Assembly: GCA_013626165.1 (NCBI GenBank)
Contig: NDHX01000003.1
Coordinates: forward strand, 115-64,114
Direction: 5' to 3'
DNA from: Candidatus Velesiimonas alkalicola
Lineage (GTDB): Bacteria; Omnitrophota; Gorgyraeia; Velesiimonadales; Velesiimonadaceae
Length of the DNA stretch: 64,000 bases
In this document: piece by piece, positions 1-8,465 of the stretch
Layout of the letters: every line of letters begins with the position of its first letter
Position numbering within the stretch: the stretch's first letter is position 1
Notes under the pieces: model-generated
Told to the model about the DNA's origin: nothing
Database searches by the model: none
Seen by the model: the letters and a program-made list of their open reading frames with translations, nothing else
Program-made: the position numbers and the translations under genes

Positions 1-2527
1 ACTACCCCGTCAACCTTCGGTTGACACCCCTTCAAAGAAGGGGAATTCTGACGGGGTGTTTTCAATTCTTTTGAAATACCTGATTTATCATAAGCCAAAA
101 CTTTTTTCATTCTCGGTAAAACCACGCTGTAAAAATGCTCACCCATTTCAACGCCAAGCCATTTTCTGCCAAGTTTATGCGCAACTGCGGTTGTCGTGCC
201 AGAGCCGAGGAAGAAGTCAAGAATTAGGTTTTCTCTTTCTGATGTGCTTTCAATTACCCTCTTTAAGACAATTTCTGCGTTCTCTGTTTGAAAGCCGATA
301 GTAAAAGTATATCCTTGAACATCTGTCCAATTAGTGTCCAAGGGTATCTTTTCTGATTCTAAATATTGTGGAATACCTGTTTTTTCGTTTATTCGTATTC
401 TTTCTTCAGATGCTAATTTGTCAAATTTTTCTTGAGAGAATCGCCAGTGTTGACCGGGAGGACACTTATATTCCTTTCCAAAAATTATAACTGTATTTTT
501 CTCTTTATTCTCTTTGGGAGAAAGACAATTAACCCATTTGATTTCTCTGTTTCTCTCTTTGAAAACTGGCAGAAAATAACTTAATATAGTTTTAGGATAA
601 TAAAACAATGATTCATTTGCTGGATTAAAGTTGTTTAATGGGCCTTGACTATTTGCTTTTCTTAAAATAATCTCTCTAAAATTATTTTTATTGTCTGAAA
701 ATAATTCATCCATCAAACACCTTACAATCCAATTCCCATTGTAGTCGCACCTAACAAAAATACTCCCTTTTTTATTTAAAACATCTTTTGCAATCTTTAA
801 TCTATTTTCAAGCAGTGTTGCCCAGTTGGCGTCTTTATAGTTTGTGCGGTATAAAAACTGGTCAGAAGAAGCTAAATTAAACGGCGGGTCAATGTAAATT
901 GTCTGCACTTTTTCTTTGAATTTCGGCAGGATTGTATTTAACGCCTGATAGTTTTCGGACTTTATCAGCCAGCCGTCTAAAGATTTATCTAAATCGTCAA
1001 ACTGGCTCAAAATTTCAAGTTCTAAATCCTTGAAATATTTTGTGTCTATGGGTAAATGCTTAAATTCCCCTTTTATTAAAAGGGGTGTCTGCGGAGCAGA
1101 CGGGGTATTTTCTTTTATCCAACTTTGTATTTGTTCAATAACCGAATTAATGCTTTTTTTTACATCTATATCTCTAAAATGAAGAACTTTTAATCCTAAA
1201 GATTGCAAATATTTCTCTCGTTCTTCATCACATTCAATTTTAAAATTGTGGCTTTCACCATCTATCTCAATTACTAATCTCAAATTTGGACAATAAAAAT
1301 CAACAATGCAATTACCTATGATTTGTTGACGAGTAAAGTCAAATCTTAATTTTTTATTTTTTAATTCATTCCATAAAAGAACCTCTGATAAATTTCCGGC
1401 CTTTCTTAATTCCCTTGCCCTTTGTTTTAAGTTTTGATTGTATGGTAATTTTAAATACCCCGTCAGTCCTTCGGACCGCCACCCCTTTACAAAAGGGGAA
1501 TTTTCAAAAACATCTTCTATCTTAAAATTTTCATCCACAATGCCAAGTTCCTGCCATTCTTTGATTTGCTCTCTAAAATTTTTATGCTTCAAGATTCTCT
1601 CTAATAAATTCCCCTCTTTTAGAGGGGTGTCTGCGAAAGCAGACGGGGTGTTTGCCTCTTTTAGAGGGGTGTCTGCGAAAGCAGACGGGGTGTTAGTCAG
1701 TTTATCTTTTAAATACTCTAATACTTCTTCCAAATTTTTCTTTACATCTAGATCAGAAATATGAATAACTTTGAGCCCAAGACTTTTTAAGCAATTATCT
1801 CTTTCTTTGTCATATTCTATCTTTCCATCGTGACTTACTCCGTCAATTTCAATAACAACTCCCAAATTCTTACAATAAAAATCAACTATATAATCTCCTA
1901 TAATTTTTTGTCTATCAAAATCTAAACTCAAAAATTTTTTATTTTTAACTTGATCCCAGAATAAAACTTCTGATAAATTGCCGGCTTTTCTTAACTCTTT
2001 TGCTCTTTCTTTTAGGTCAGGATTAAATGGTAATTCCTTCCATTTGACTACCCCGTCAGGCTTCGCCTGCCACCCCTTCGTAGAAGGGGAATTCTTGTAA
2101 ATCCTATCCAGCGTAATCACATAATTTGAGTTTTTGACAAACTTCGGCTTGTTCCAGATATTTACCAGTTCATCTTCAAACTGCGAGATAAAATCAATAA
2201 TTTTGAAAGCGATGCCTTTGAGAATTTGTAGTTGATTGACTCTATCCGCGCCCCACTCTTTGGCTCCTTCCCAAAAATACTGATAACTCCAAAGTTTAAA
2301 TTGCTCCTGCAAGAATGCTTTGGCATTTTTGTTGATAAAGAAATCAACCTCGCTCTGCTTTTCAAAAACTCTAAAAGCGCGTTCTAATTGTTCTTCGGTA
2401 ATTGCTATGCCTTTTCTCTTGATGGCTTTTAAGAGCTCGTCCTGTTTTGTTTTTGCACCTCCTTCTGAATACTGAACGTCAAAAACAATGGTGGCGCCTG
2501 CCCCGTAGGAAGCCGAAGGCTTTCCCA
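1..2527 (-). CDS. Composite DNA methyltransferase, continuation and C-terminal part (partial, runs off window start). Reading 5' to 3' on the minus strand it encodes: an N-terminal extension region, two tandem DUF559 / Vsr-like PD-(D/E)xK domains (~1860-1700 and ~1330-1170), then a beta-class amino-methyltransferase (motif IV IYIDPPFN at ~885, motif I DFFLGSGTT at ~175). No ATG start exists in this frame, so it is best read as joined to the 2429..3130 ORF through a frameshift. Type III Mod-like.
   Basis: Manual minus-strand translation gives one continuous open frame from ~2527 down to nt 1. Recognisable segments include VDFYCPNLRLVIEIDGESHNFKIECDEEREKYLQSLGLKV (DUF559), a second diverged copy (VDFYC...VIEIDGVSHD), QTIYIDPPFNL and LILDFFLGSGTTTAVAHKLGRKWLGVE. 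Five REP-like GC-rich elements are translated in-frame. Confidence 0.6.
6..58. repeat. GC-rich double-hairpin REP-like element (family A), copy in the methyltransferase C-terminal coding region
   Basis: ccccgtcaaccttcggttgacaccccttcaaagaaggggaattctgacggggtg. Nested hairpins GTCAACC/GGTTGAC and CCCCTT/AAGGGG. Confidence 0.7.
1063..1107. repeat. Family A REP-like element (in-frame in CDS)
   Basis: aattccccttttattaaaaggggtgtctgcggagcagacggggta. Encodes ...NTPSAPQTPLLIKGEF... Confidence 0.7.
1456..1503. repeat. Family A REP-like element (in-frame in CDS)
   Basis: taccccgtcagtccttcggaccgccacccctttacaaaaggggaatt. Encodes NSPFVKGWRSEGLTGYLK. Confidence 0.7.
1608..1693. repeat. Family A REP-like element, tandem duplicated (in-frame in CDS)
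   Basis: Two copies of cctcttttagaggggtgtctgcgaaagcagacggggtg. Encodes NTPSAFADTPLKEANTPSAFADTPLKE. Confidence 0.7.
2048..2096. repeat. Family A REP-like element (in-frame in CDS)
   Basis: ctaccccgtcaggcttcgcctgccaccccttcgtagaaggggaattc. Confidence 0.7.
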
Positions 2528-3130
2528 CGGGTCTTCGCGGACTTTGCTTAACTCAAAAACAAGCGAGCGTTTTTCGTTGGCTTTTTTGCTTTCTATCTTT
2601 GAAGCGTCAAAGTAGAACTTTAAATACCCCGTCCCTTCGGGACACCCCTTTTGCAAAGGGGAATTAACACCCCGTCCGCCTTCCCCTTCTACGAAGGGGT
2701 GGCAGGCGAAGCCTGACGGGGTAGTTTCTGACACCCCTCTATCAGAGGGGAATTCAACTGGCAAACTCCTGAAAATCCGGTCGGTTTTAACATAGTAAAG
2801 CATCTGCGTTTTCCAGAAGAGGATAACATCTTTTTCATCGGTATAAACCTTTTCGTAGATATTGTTATGAAATGGCGTTGAATTGAAATAAATTGACCCG
2901 CTTTCCGTAAAATAGCGGCTGAAAAAGGAATAGAGTTTGTCAAAAAGTTCATCTCTAAATTTGGGGTGGCTTTTTAGAGCCGATTCAACATCTTTCTTGA
3001 GGATGTCTTCAATCTTGCGGTAGTAATTTGATTTTATTCTCATCAAATTAACAAAACCGCCAGTGCCTTCAATTTTGGCGCCGATAAATACATCCTGTAG
3101 TGCTTTATAAAATTTTTGTTCTTTGGTCAT
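2429..3130 (-). CDS. N-terminal ORF (233 aa) of the composite methyltransferase. Its last ~35 codons are out of frame relative to the downstream continuation. A -1/+1 frameshift lies inside a GC-rich hairpin at ~2500-2531, so this is a likely pseudogene or a sequencing error in the hairpin.
   Basis: ORF track gives ATG at 3130. The C-terminal tail SLRLPTGQAPPLFLTFSIQKEVQKQNRTSS looks out of frame, while the alternative frame continues as ...ATIVFDVQYSEGGAKTKQDELLKAIKRKGIAITEEQLERAF... An in-frame REP-like cluster at 2625-2756 encodes ...SETTPSGFACHPFVEGEGGRGVNSPLQKGCPEGTGYLK... Confidence 0.55.
   Translation of the reverse strand: MTKEQKFYKALQDVFIGAKIEGTGGFVNLMRIKSNYYRKIEDILKKDVESALKSHPKFRDELFDKLYSFFSRYFTESGSIYFNSTPFHNNIYEKVYTDEKDVILFWKTQMLYYVKTDRIFRSLPVEFPSDRGVSETTPSGFACHPFVEGEGGRGVNSPLQKGCPEGTGYLKFYFDASKIESKKANEKRSLVFELSKVREDPWESLRLPTGQAPPLFLTFSIQKEVQKQNRTSS
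2625..2756. repeat. Cluster of three family A REP-like elements (in-frame in the N-terminal ORF)
   Basis: taccccgtcccttcgggacaccccttttgcaaaggggaatt ... ccccgtccgccttccccttctacgaaggggtggcaggcgaagcctgacggggta ... acacccctctatcagaggggaattc. Confidence 0.7.
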
Positions 3131-3137
3131 AGTTAAA

Positions 3138-3344
3138 TCACTTTAATAAATTATCAACTGAAACATCAAGGGATTTGGCTAATTTTTGAAGCGCACCAAT
3201 TAAGAGATAGATGATACCGTCCAACTCCAGTTTTATCACCGTGTTATAGGAAATATCAGCCAATTTAGAAAGCCGGTCTTGCGACAAGCCCTTTTGTTTC
3301 CTTAACTTTTTTATATTTTTGCCTATTTGTGAAATCTCTCTTGA
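3138..3344 (-). CDS. Small XRE-family helix-turn-helix regulator. It resembles an R-M controller (C-protein) and lies 7 nt upstream of the methyltransferase, co-oriented with it. No canonical start codon is present in the frame.
   Basis: Minus-strand translation ...ISQIGKNIKKLRKQKGLSQDRLSKLADISYNTVIKLELDGIIYLLIGALQKLAKSLDVSVDNLLK*. The stop (TGA) is the reverse complement of 3138-3140. An in-frame TAG lies upstream at 3390-3392 with no ATG/GTG/TTG between, so the start is non-canonical or the gene is degenerate. Confidence 0.5.
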   Translation of the reverse strand, partial: SREISQIGKNIKKLRKQKGLSQDRLSKLADISYNTVIKLELDGIIYLLIGALQKLAKSLDVSVDNLLK

Positions 3345-3568
3345 TATTGTGGTATTAAAATAATAATATGTATGTAGAGTAATCGCTATCTATAATTATA
3401 ATACAAAATGATTTTCATAATATAAAAAGATTTTTTGAGAAGTTTAATTTCAAATGCATGTGCACCCCAATAATAGAACGCTTTGCGTTCACTACGGGGC
3501 AGGAAGAAGGGATGGACCAAGGGCATTTACCTTTTTTCTTTTCTAAAAATCGGCGGGCTAATTCAATT

Positions 3569-3645
3569 TGGTGGGCGGTAGAGGACTTGAACCTCTGACC
3601 CCTTGCATGTCAAGCAAGTGCTCCAACCAACTGAGCTAACCGCCC
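3569..3645 (-). tRNA. tRNA-Val (anticodon GAC), CCA encoded
   Basis: Reverse complement GGGCGGTTAGCTCAGTTGGTTGGAGCACTTGCTTGACATGCAAGGGGTCAGAGGTTCAAGTCCTCTACCGCCCACCA folds as a cloverleaf. Anticodon loop is CTTGC-TTGACAT-GCAAG. Confidence 0.85.
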
Positions 3646-3681
3646 ATAGCAGTCTAATTTTGCTATAATCTCCGATGTTAA

Positions 3682-3751
3682 ATGACAAATGTCAAAATCC
3701 AAATGTCATTTGAGATTTGTCATTTGTCATTTATTTCCCATTTGTCATTTG
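3682..3751. repeat. Tandem and inverted TGTCATTTG 9-mer repeats (5-6 copies) upstream of tRNA-Val
   Basis: atgacaaatgtcaaaatccaaatgtcatttgagatttgtcatttgtcatttatttcccatttgtcatttg. Confidence 0.6.
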
Positions 3752-3924
3752 AGCTTTAGAATGTGGGCGAGGTGGGAATATGAACCATCGCTGGCGCTCT
3801 TTAAGGGAAAACCAAGTTTTTCCCTTAATGTTCCTTTTCCTTTCAAAACACAGGGGAAAACTTACCTTTTCCCCTGACCCCTTTGGTGGTTCAAATCCCT
3901 TATCATCCTTTTTCTGCTTAAATG

Positions 3925-4007
3925 TGGGCGAGGTGGGATTTGAACCCACACAACTTTACAGTCATTGGATTTTAAGTCCAACGTGTATGCCATTCCACCA
4001 CTCGCCC
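3925..4007 (-). tRNA. tRNA-Leu (anticodon TAA), long variable arm, no encoded CCA
   Basis: Reverse complement GGGCGAGTGGTGGAATGGCATACACGTTGGACTTAAAATCCAATGACTGTAAAGTTGTGTGGGTTCAAATCCCACCTCGCCCA. Anticodon loop is TTGGA-CTTAAAA-TCCAA. Confidence 0.85.
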
Positions 4008-4019
4008 ATTGTTATGCTA

Positions 4020-4820
4020 CTATATTGCAACAATTTTTATGTTATTTTTATTTGCAATCTCTACACATTCTTGTTTATTAAAAACGAGGGTTTTTCCAGC
4101 CTCAAAAGCAAGCACCCCGGCTTTTGCCTCTATGAGAGACTCCATTGTTTTTGGTCCTATAACTGGAACATCAAAACGGACATCCTGCTTTGGCTTTGCA
4201 ACTTTTACAACTACAACATTTCCGTTCCCAAGCCTTCCTCCCCTTTTTATTGCCTCGTCCGTTCCTTCTATTGCCTCAACAGCAAGAATAGAACCTTGTT
4301 TTATTACAACCGTCTGGCCTATATCAAGCCTTCCCAATTCTTTTGCAATGTTAAAACCTAATTGGACATCCTTCCGTTCTTCGTCTGTAAGAGAAGAGCC
4401 TGCAATAATGCCCTGCGGGATAAACATTTCTTTTAAAAACCTAACAGAACTTATCAGTTTTATCTTGTGTTTTGGTAAAAGATCTGCGGCTGCACCAAAT
4501 ATGGTGTCTGCTCTCTTGTCTTTTAAACCCCTGAGGAATGCTTTTAGTTTAACATCTATCGGAATATCTTTAAAAAGATTTGAAGGTTCTATCTGTCCTG
4601 CAAATATAGCATCAGACGGAGAAAAAAAAGAAATTTTTTCTAAAAACAACGAGAAAGAACCCACATCCACCCATTCTATCCTGTCAACAAAACTCTCTAT
4701 ATTTTTTGATGTTTCACCTATGAAACCTATTGCATTTACAGTAAAACTTTGATTTTTTGCTTGTTGTGCTACAAGGATGGGAAAGTCTCCGCTGCCTGCA
4801 ATGATAAGAATTTGTTTCAC
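4020..4820 (-). CDS. lpxI: UDP-2,3-diacylglucosamine pyrophosphatase LpxI (DUF1009)
   Basis: 266 aa. Conserved AKELGRLDIGQTVVIKQGSILAVEAIEGTDEAIKRGG block of the LpxI family. Adjacent to lpxA. Confidence 0.75.
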   Translation of the reverse strand: MKQILIIAGSGDFPILVAQQAKNQSFTVNAIGFIGETSKNIESFVDRIEWVDVGSFSLFLEKISFFSPSDAIFAGQIEPSNLFKDIPIDVKLKAFLRGLKDKRADTIFGAAADLLPKHKIKLISSVRFLKEMFIPQGIIAGSSLTDEERKDVQLGFNIAKELGRLDIGQTVVIKQGSILAVEAIEGTDEAIKRGGRLGNGNVVVVKVAKPKQDVRFDVPVIGPKTMESLIEAKAGVLAFEAGKTLVFNKQECVEIANKNNIKIVAI

Positions 4821-5587
4821 TACCTGGCAATTCCGCGCTTCGATGTTTTTACAAACTCAACGAGCTTTTTTACCTCATTAATATCTACAATGCGTCTTTC
4901 AACTTCAACAAGTGCATGGGTTGTAGAAAGTCCTGAAAAGAATAAAATTTTGAATGCCTTATAAAGCGTGGCTCTGGTCTGAGGTGAAAAGTTGGCCCTT
5001 CTTAAACCAATAACATTTAAACCACATACCTTGCCGGGCCTTCCATCTACGAGAGAAAAGGGAGGAACATCCTGAACAATCTTTGACATACCGCCTACCA
5101 TAGAATATTCACCGATACGAACAAACTGATGAATTGCAGCAAATCCCCCGAGAACTGCATTATTGTGAATCTCTATATGTCCTGCAAGCCCTGCGTTGTT
5201 TGCCATAATAACATCATCGCCAATCTTACAATCATGTGCGATATGACAGTATGCCATTATAAGAACATTGTTTCCAATGCTTGTAAGGTCTGTTAGACAA
5301 CCGGGATTTATTGTGACAAATTCTCTGATCACTACCCTATCTGCTATTTTTAAGTATGTTTTTTGATTATGAAACTTTAAACTCTGAGGAATACTTCCAA
5401 CAACCGAGCCCTTAAATATAGAACAGTTTTTGCCAATCTCGGTATTGCCTTCTAAGACACAGTGTGAACCTATCTGTGTTCCTTCCCCAATTTGAACATC
5501 CTGCCTTATATATGTCCATGGACCTACTGAGACATTGTCAGAAATATTTTTTGATTCAATTATTGCTGTTGGATGTATGTTATTCAT
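4820..5587 (-). CDS. lpxA: Acyl-ACP:UDP-N-acetylglucosamine O-acyltransferase
   Basis: 255 aa. Left-handed beta-helix hexapeptide repeats. Sits in the lpx cluster. Confidence 0.85.
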   Translation of the reverse strand: MNNIHPTAIIESKNISDNVSVGPWTYIRQDVQIGEGTQIGSHCVLEGNTEIGKNCSIFKGSVVGSIPQSLKFHNQKTYLKIADRVVIREFVTINPGCLTDLTSIGNNVLIMAYCHIAHDCKIGDDVIMANNAGLAGHIEIHNNAVLGGFAAIHQFVRIGEYSMVGGMSKIVQDVPPFSLVDGRPGKVCGLNVIGLRRANFSPQTRATLYKAFKILFFSGLSTTHALVEVERRIVDINEVKKLVEFVKTSKRGIAR

Positions 5588-5599
5588 AGCTCTTATTAT

Positions 5600-6913
5600 T
5601 TACCCAACATCTGAAAGTGCAAACATTATCTCTGCTTCTGCCACTATTTTGTTGTCAACATAAGCAGTGCCTTTAATCTGTCCCGTTTTGGTGCGAAGTC
5701 TTAATACCTCTGTTTCAAGAATTACCTGGTCGCCGGGTATAACGGGCTTTCTAAATTTTACTTTATCAAGGGACATAAAAAATGCCATCTTTCCTATGTT
5801 TGCTCTGCTTGAAAGAAATAGAATACCTGCTGTTTGTGCCAACGCTTCTATTATAAGAACACCGGGCATTACTGGTTTTCCAGGGAAATGTCCTTCAAAA
5901 AATTCTTCGTTCACAGTTACATTTTTTATGGCAATACATCTTTTGTCTTCTTCTAATTTCAGTACTCTGTCCACAAGAAGAAACGGATATCTGTGAGGAA
6001 TTATTTTTTGTATGGTTGTTACATCAAGCCTTTCTCCGGGGGCGCACACATAACGGAATGGAATACCTGCACCCCTTGCCTGCTCTTCAAAAAGTCTGAA
6101 TTTATTTAATAACTTCATATTTGTGGTATGACCGCTTTTTACAGCGCTAATATCTCCTTGTATAGATGCACTAAAAAGATAAAGGTCTCCTATAATATCC
6201 ATAATCTTGTGTCGTACAAATTCATCCTCAAATCTTAATTTATTATCTATAACCCCTTTTTCCGATATTACAAGTGTATTGGCATAATTTGCTCCTTTTC
6301 CCAGTCCCTGTTTCCTTAAATCCTCAACCTCTTTTTCAAAACAAAATGTTCTTGCAGGTGCAATCTCTTTTAAAAATACCTCAGGGGTGATATCAAATTT
6401 TACATACTGGGAACGAACAAACGGATGTTTATAGGAAAGCGTATAAGAAACCCTGTAAGAATCCCCTGGTAAAACTGTTATTGATCCTTCCTGTTCCTGT
6501 ATCCATAACGGTTCTTTTACAATAAATTTTTTATAAGCAACATTTTGTTCTTCAATTCCGACACCTAATAACGCATTGCAAAACGAAAGAGCACACCCGT
6601 CAAAAGACGGAACCTCATCACTATCAACTTCTGCAATTATATTTGTTATACCCAATCCTGCAAGAGAAGATGTTAGATGTTCTATTGTATGAACCTCAAC
6701 ACCGTTTATGCCTACCGAGGTCCTTCTGGGTCTTCTTGAAATATCTGTTATGTTTGTAAGCTTCGCATCTATAACAGGTCTTTCTTGTAAATCAGTTCTT
6801 ACAAATCTTAAACCTGTATCAGGTGGCGCAGGTTTTAAAACAAGGTGTGAAGGATTACCCATATGAAGACCGATACCCTGAAGATGAACCTCTTTACGAA
6901 TTGTTTTTTGCAC
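5600..6913 (-). CDS. lpxC-fabZ: Bifunctional UDP-3-O-acyl-GlcNAc deacetylase / 3-hydroxyacyl-ACP dehydratase (LpxC-FabZ fusion)
   Basis: 437 aa. N-terminal LpxC fold. C-terminal hotdog segment [18 protein letters not shown]...[21 protein letters not shown]. Confidence 0.85.
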   Translation of the reverse strand: MQKTIRKEVHLQGIGLHMGNPSHLVLKPAPPDTGLRFVRTDLQERPVIDAKLTNITDISRRPRRTSVGINGVEVHTIEHLTSSLAGLGITNIIAEVDSDEVPSFDGCALSFCNALLGVGIEEQNVAYKKFIVKEPLWIQEQEGSITVLPGDSYRVSYTLSYKHPFVRSQYVKFDITPEVFLKEIAPARTFCFEKEVEDLRKQGLGKGANYANTLVISEKGVIDNKLRFEDEFVRHKIMDIIGDLYLFSASIQGDISAVKSGHTTNMKLLNKFRLFEEQARGAGIPFRYVCAPGERLDVTTIQKIIPHRYPFLLVDRVLKLEEDKRCIAIKNVTVNEEFFEGHFPGKPVMPGVLIIEALAQTAGILFLSSRANIGKMAFFMSLDKVKFRKPVIPGDQVILETEVLRLRTKTGQIKGTAYVDNKIVAEAEIMFALSDVG

Positions 6914-7943
6914 TTAACATCTCCTCCAATATTTTTATTTTTTTCTCAAGTTCGGAAATCTTATTATACAATTTAGGAAGCCTTTGTATGGATGCCTTTA
7001 ACCTCTTTTCCTCGTTATGGGGCCTTGCCGGGAAACCGGATACACACATATTATCAGAGATAGATTTTGTAACACCCGATTTTGCTGCAACTACAACATT
7101 GTTTCCGATCTTTATATGTCCTATAACGCCTGACTGTCCGGCCAGTGTTACATTTGAACCTATTTCAACACTACCTGATATCCCGGTTTGTGCAACAATA
7201 ACAGAATTTGCTCCTATATATACATTATGGGCAATCTGAACAAGGTTGTCTATCTTTGTTCCCTTACCTATAAATGTCCTGTCAAATCTTGCCCTGTCTA
7301 TTGTAACATTTGAACCTATTTCAACATCGTCCTCTATTACAACAGTCCCAATCTGTGGGATTCTGTGATGTACCCCCCGAACTGTTGCAAATCCAAAACC
7401 ATCACTTCCTATAACACTTCCAGAATGTATAACAACTCTGCTTCCAATACTGGTGCGTTCCCTGATAGAAACATTCGGATATATCAACACATCGTTGCCC
7501 AACTCTGTATGGTGTCCTATATATACACCTGCATATATTACAGTCCCGTCCCCTATCTGAACACTATCCTCTATAACAACAAACGGCTGTATGGCAACAT
7601 TTTTACCTAATTTTACATTCTTTCCTATAATAGACTGTGAACTTATGCCTTTAGGTCTTACAATTTTATTCGGAGCAAGAAGTGAAACAAACTTTGCAAA
7701 TGCAAGACTCGGGTTTTCCGTAACTATCAATGTTTTTGCCCCTGAATAGTTTTTTAATTCCCCTGAGACAATGATTGCAGATGCTCTTGTTTGTTGCATC
7801 AATGGCGCATACTTGAGATTGGCAATAAATGTAACATCGCCTGGCTGTGCCTCTTTTATTCCGCTTGCACCGGCAATTTCAATGCTATCATCTCCTATAA
7901 CCTCCCCTTCTATAATCTCAGCAATTTCTTTTACTGTCTTCAC
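6894..7943 (-). CDS. lpxD: UDP-3-O-acylglucosamine N-acyltransferase
   Basis: 349 aa. Hexapeptide-repeat protein in the lpx cluster. Confidence 0.85.
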   Translation of the reverse strand: MKTVKEIAEIIEGEVIGDDSIEIAGASGIKEAQPGDVTFIANLKYAPLMQQTRASAIIVSGELKNYSGAKTLIVTENPSLAFAKFVSLLAPNKIVRPKGISSQSIIGKNVKLGKNVAIQPFVVIEDSVQIGDGTVIYAGVYIGHHTELGNDVLIYPNVSIRERTSIGSRVVIHSGSVIGSDGFGFATVRGVHHRIPQIGTVVIEDDVEIGSNVTIDRARFDRTFIGKGTKIDNLVQIAHNVYIGANSVIVAQTGISGSVEIGSNVTLAGQSGVIGHIKIGNNVVVAAKSGVTKSISDNMCVSGFPARPHNEEKRLKASIQRLPKLYNKISELEKKIKILEEMLSAKNNS

Positions 7944-7946
7944 TTT

Positions 7947-8465
7947 TTATTTCCTTTTCTGGGTATAAGATTCGTTTAATCCTTTTATAATATCGGATGA
8001 CCTATCAAGTTCAGGCCTACCATAAACAACAACCGCTTCAGCCATATTCAGCACTATGTCATAGCCCTGTTTTTCGGCATATTCCTTCACATAGTCTTTT
8101 ATTTCTTGGATAATTTTTCTCAATGCATCATCTCTTGTTTTTGCCATTTCAGACCTTGATTGCTGGTCAAATTCCTGGAGTTTCTTCATTTTATCTTCTA
8201 TCAAGGGTTGTTTTTCTTGTTTTCCCTCAGGGGTTAGCAGGGCAGATTTATCCCTTAACTGCCGTATTTCCTCAACTATCTTCTCTCTTTGTTCCTGTCT
8301 TAATCTATCTTTTTGCTCCAAAGTAGATTCTGCATCTTTTGTTGCTTCATATTCAGAAAATACCTTGGAGAAGTTTATATAAACAATGTTTAAATTCTGT
8401 TGCGGATATAAACTTGTCAAAGAACAAAAACAAAAAATCAAAAAACTAAAAAAAATCTTTTTCAT
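7947..8465 (-). CDS. skp: OmpH/Skp family periplasmic chaperone
   Basis: 172 aa. Signal peptide followed by a coiled-coil. Positioned upstream of lpxD as in Gram-negative bacteria. Confidence 0.75.
   Translation of the reverse strand: MKKIFFSFLIFCFCSLTSLYPQQNLNIVYINFSKVFSEYEATKDAESTLEQKDRLRQEQREKIVEEIRQLRDKSALLTPEGKQEKQPLIEDKMKKLQEFDQQSRSEMAKTRDDALRKIIQEIKDYVKEYAEKQGYDIVLNMAEAVVVYGRPELDRSSDIIKGLNESYTQKRK

Noticed and set aside
56-301. Plus-strand 81-aa ORF at the window start
   Set aside because: It is the antisense translation of the minus-strand methyltransferase C-terminus and a REP element. It has no protein-like composition.
1438-1764. Plus-strand 108-aa ORF
   Set aside because: It covers the REP-like hairpin elements and the antisense of the DUF559-coding segment. 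It is a shadow ORF.
1-2800. Possibility that the GC-rich palindromic repeats form a CRISPR array
   Set aside because: The repeats are 40-50 nt double hairpins at irregular spacing. The intervening sequences are coding (DUF559 and methyltransferase segments) and are themselves duplicated. There are no uniform repeat-spacer units and no cas genes.
3689-4361. Plus-strand ORFs of 62 and 193 aa across the tRNA-Leu region
   Set aside because: They overlap tRNA-Leu and the TGTCATTTG repeat array (giving repetitive ICHL peptides). Not coding.
4009-4752. Plus-strand 247-aa ORF overlapping lpxI
   Set aside because: It lies entirely antisense to a well-supported lpxI and has low-complexity S/T/F-rich composition.
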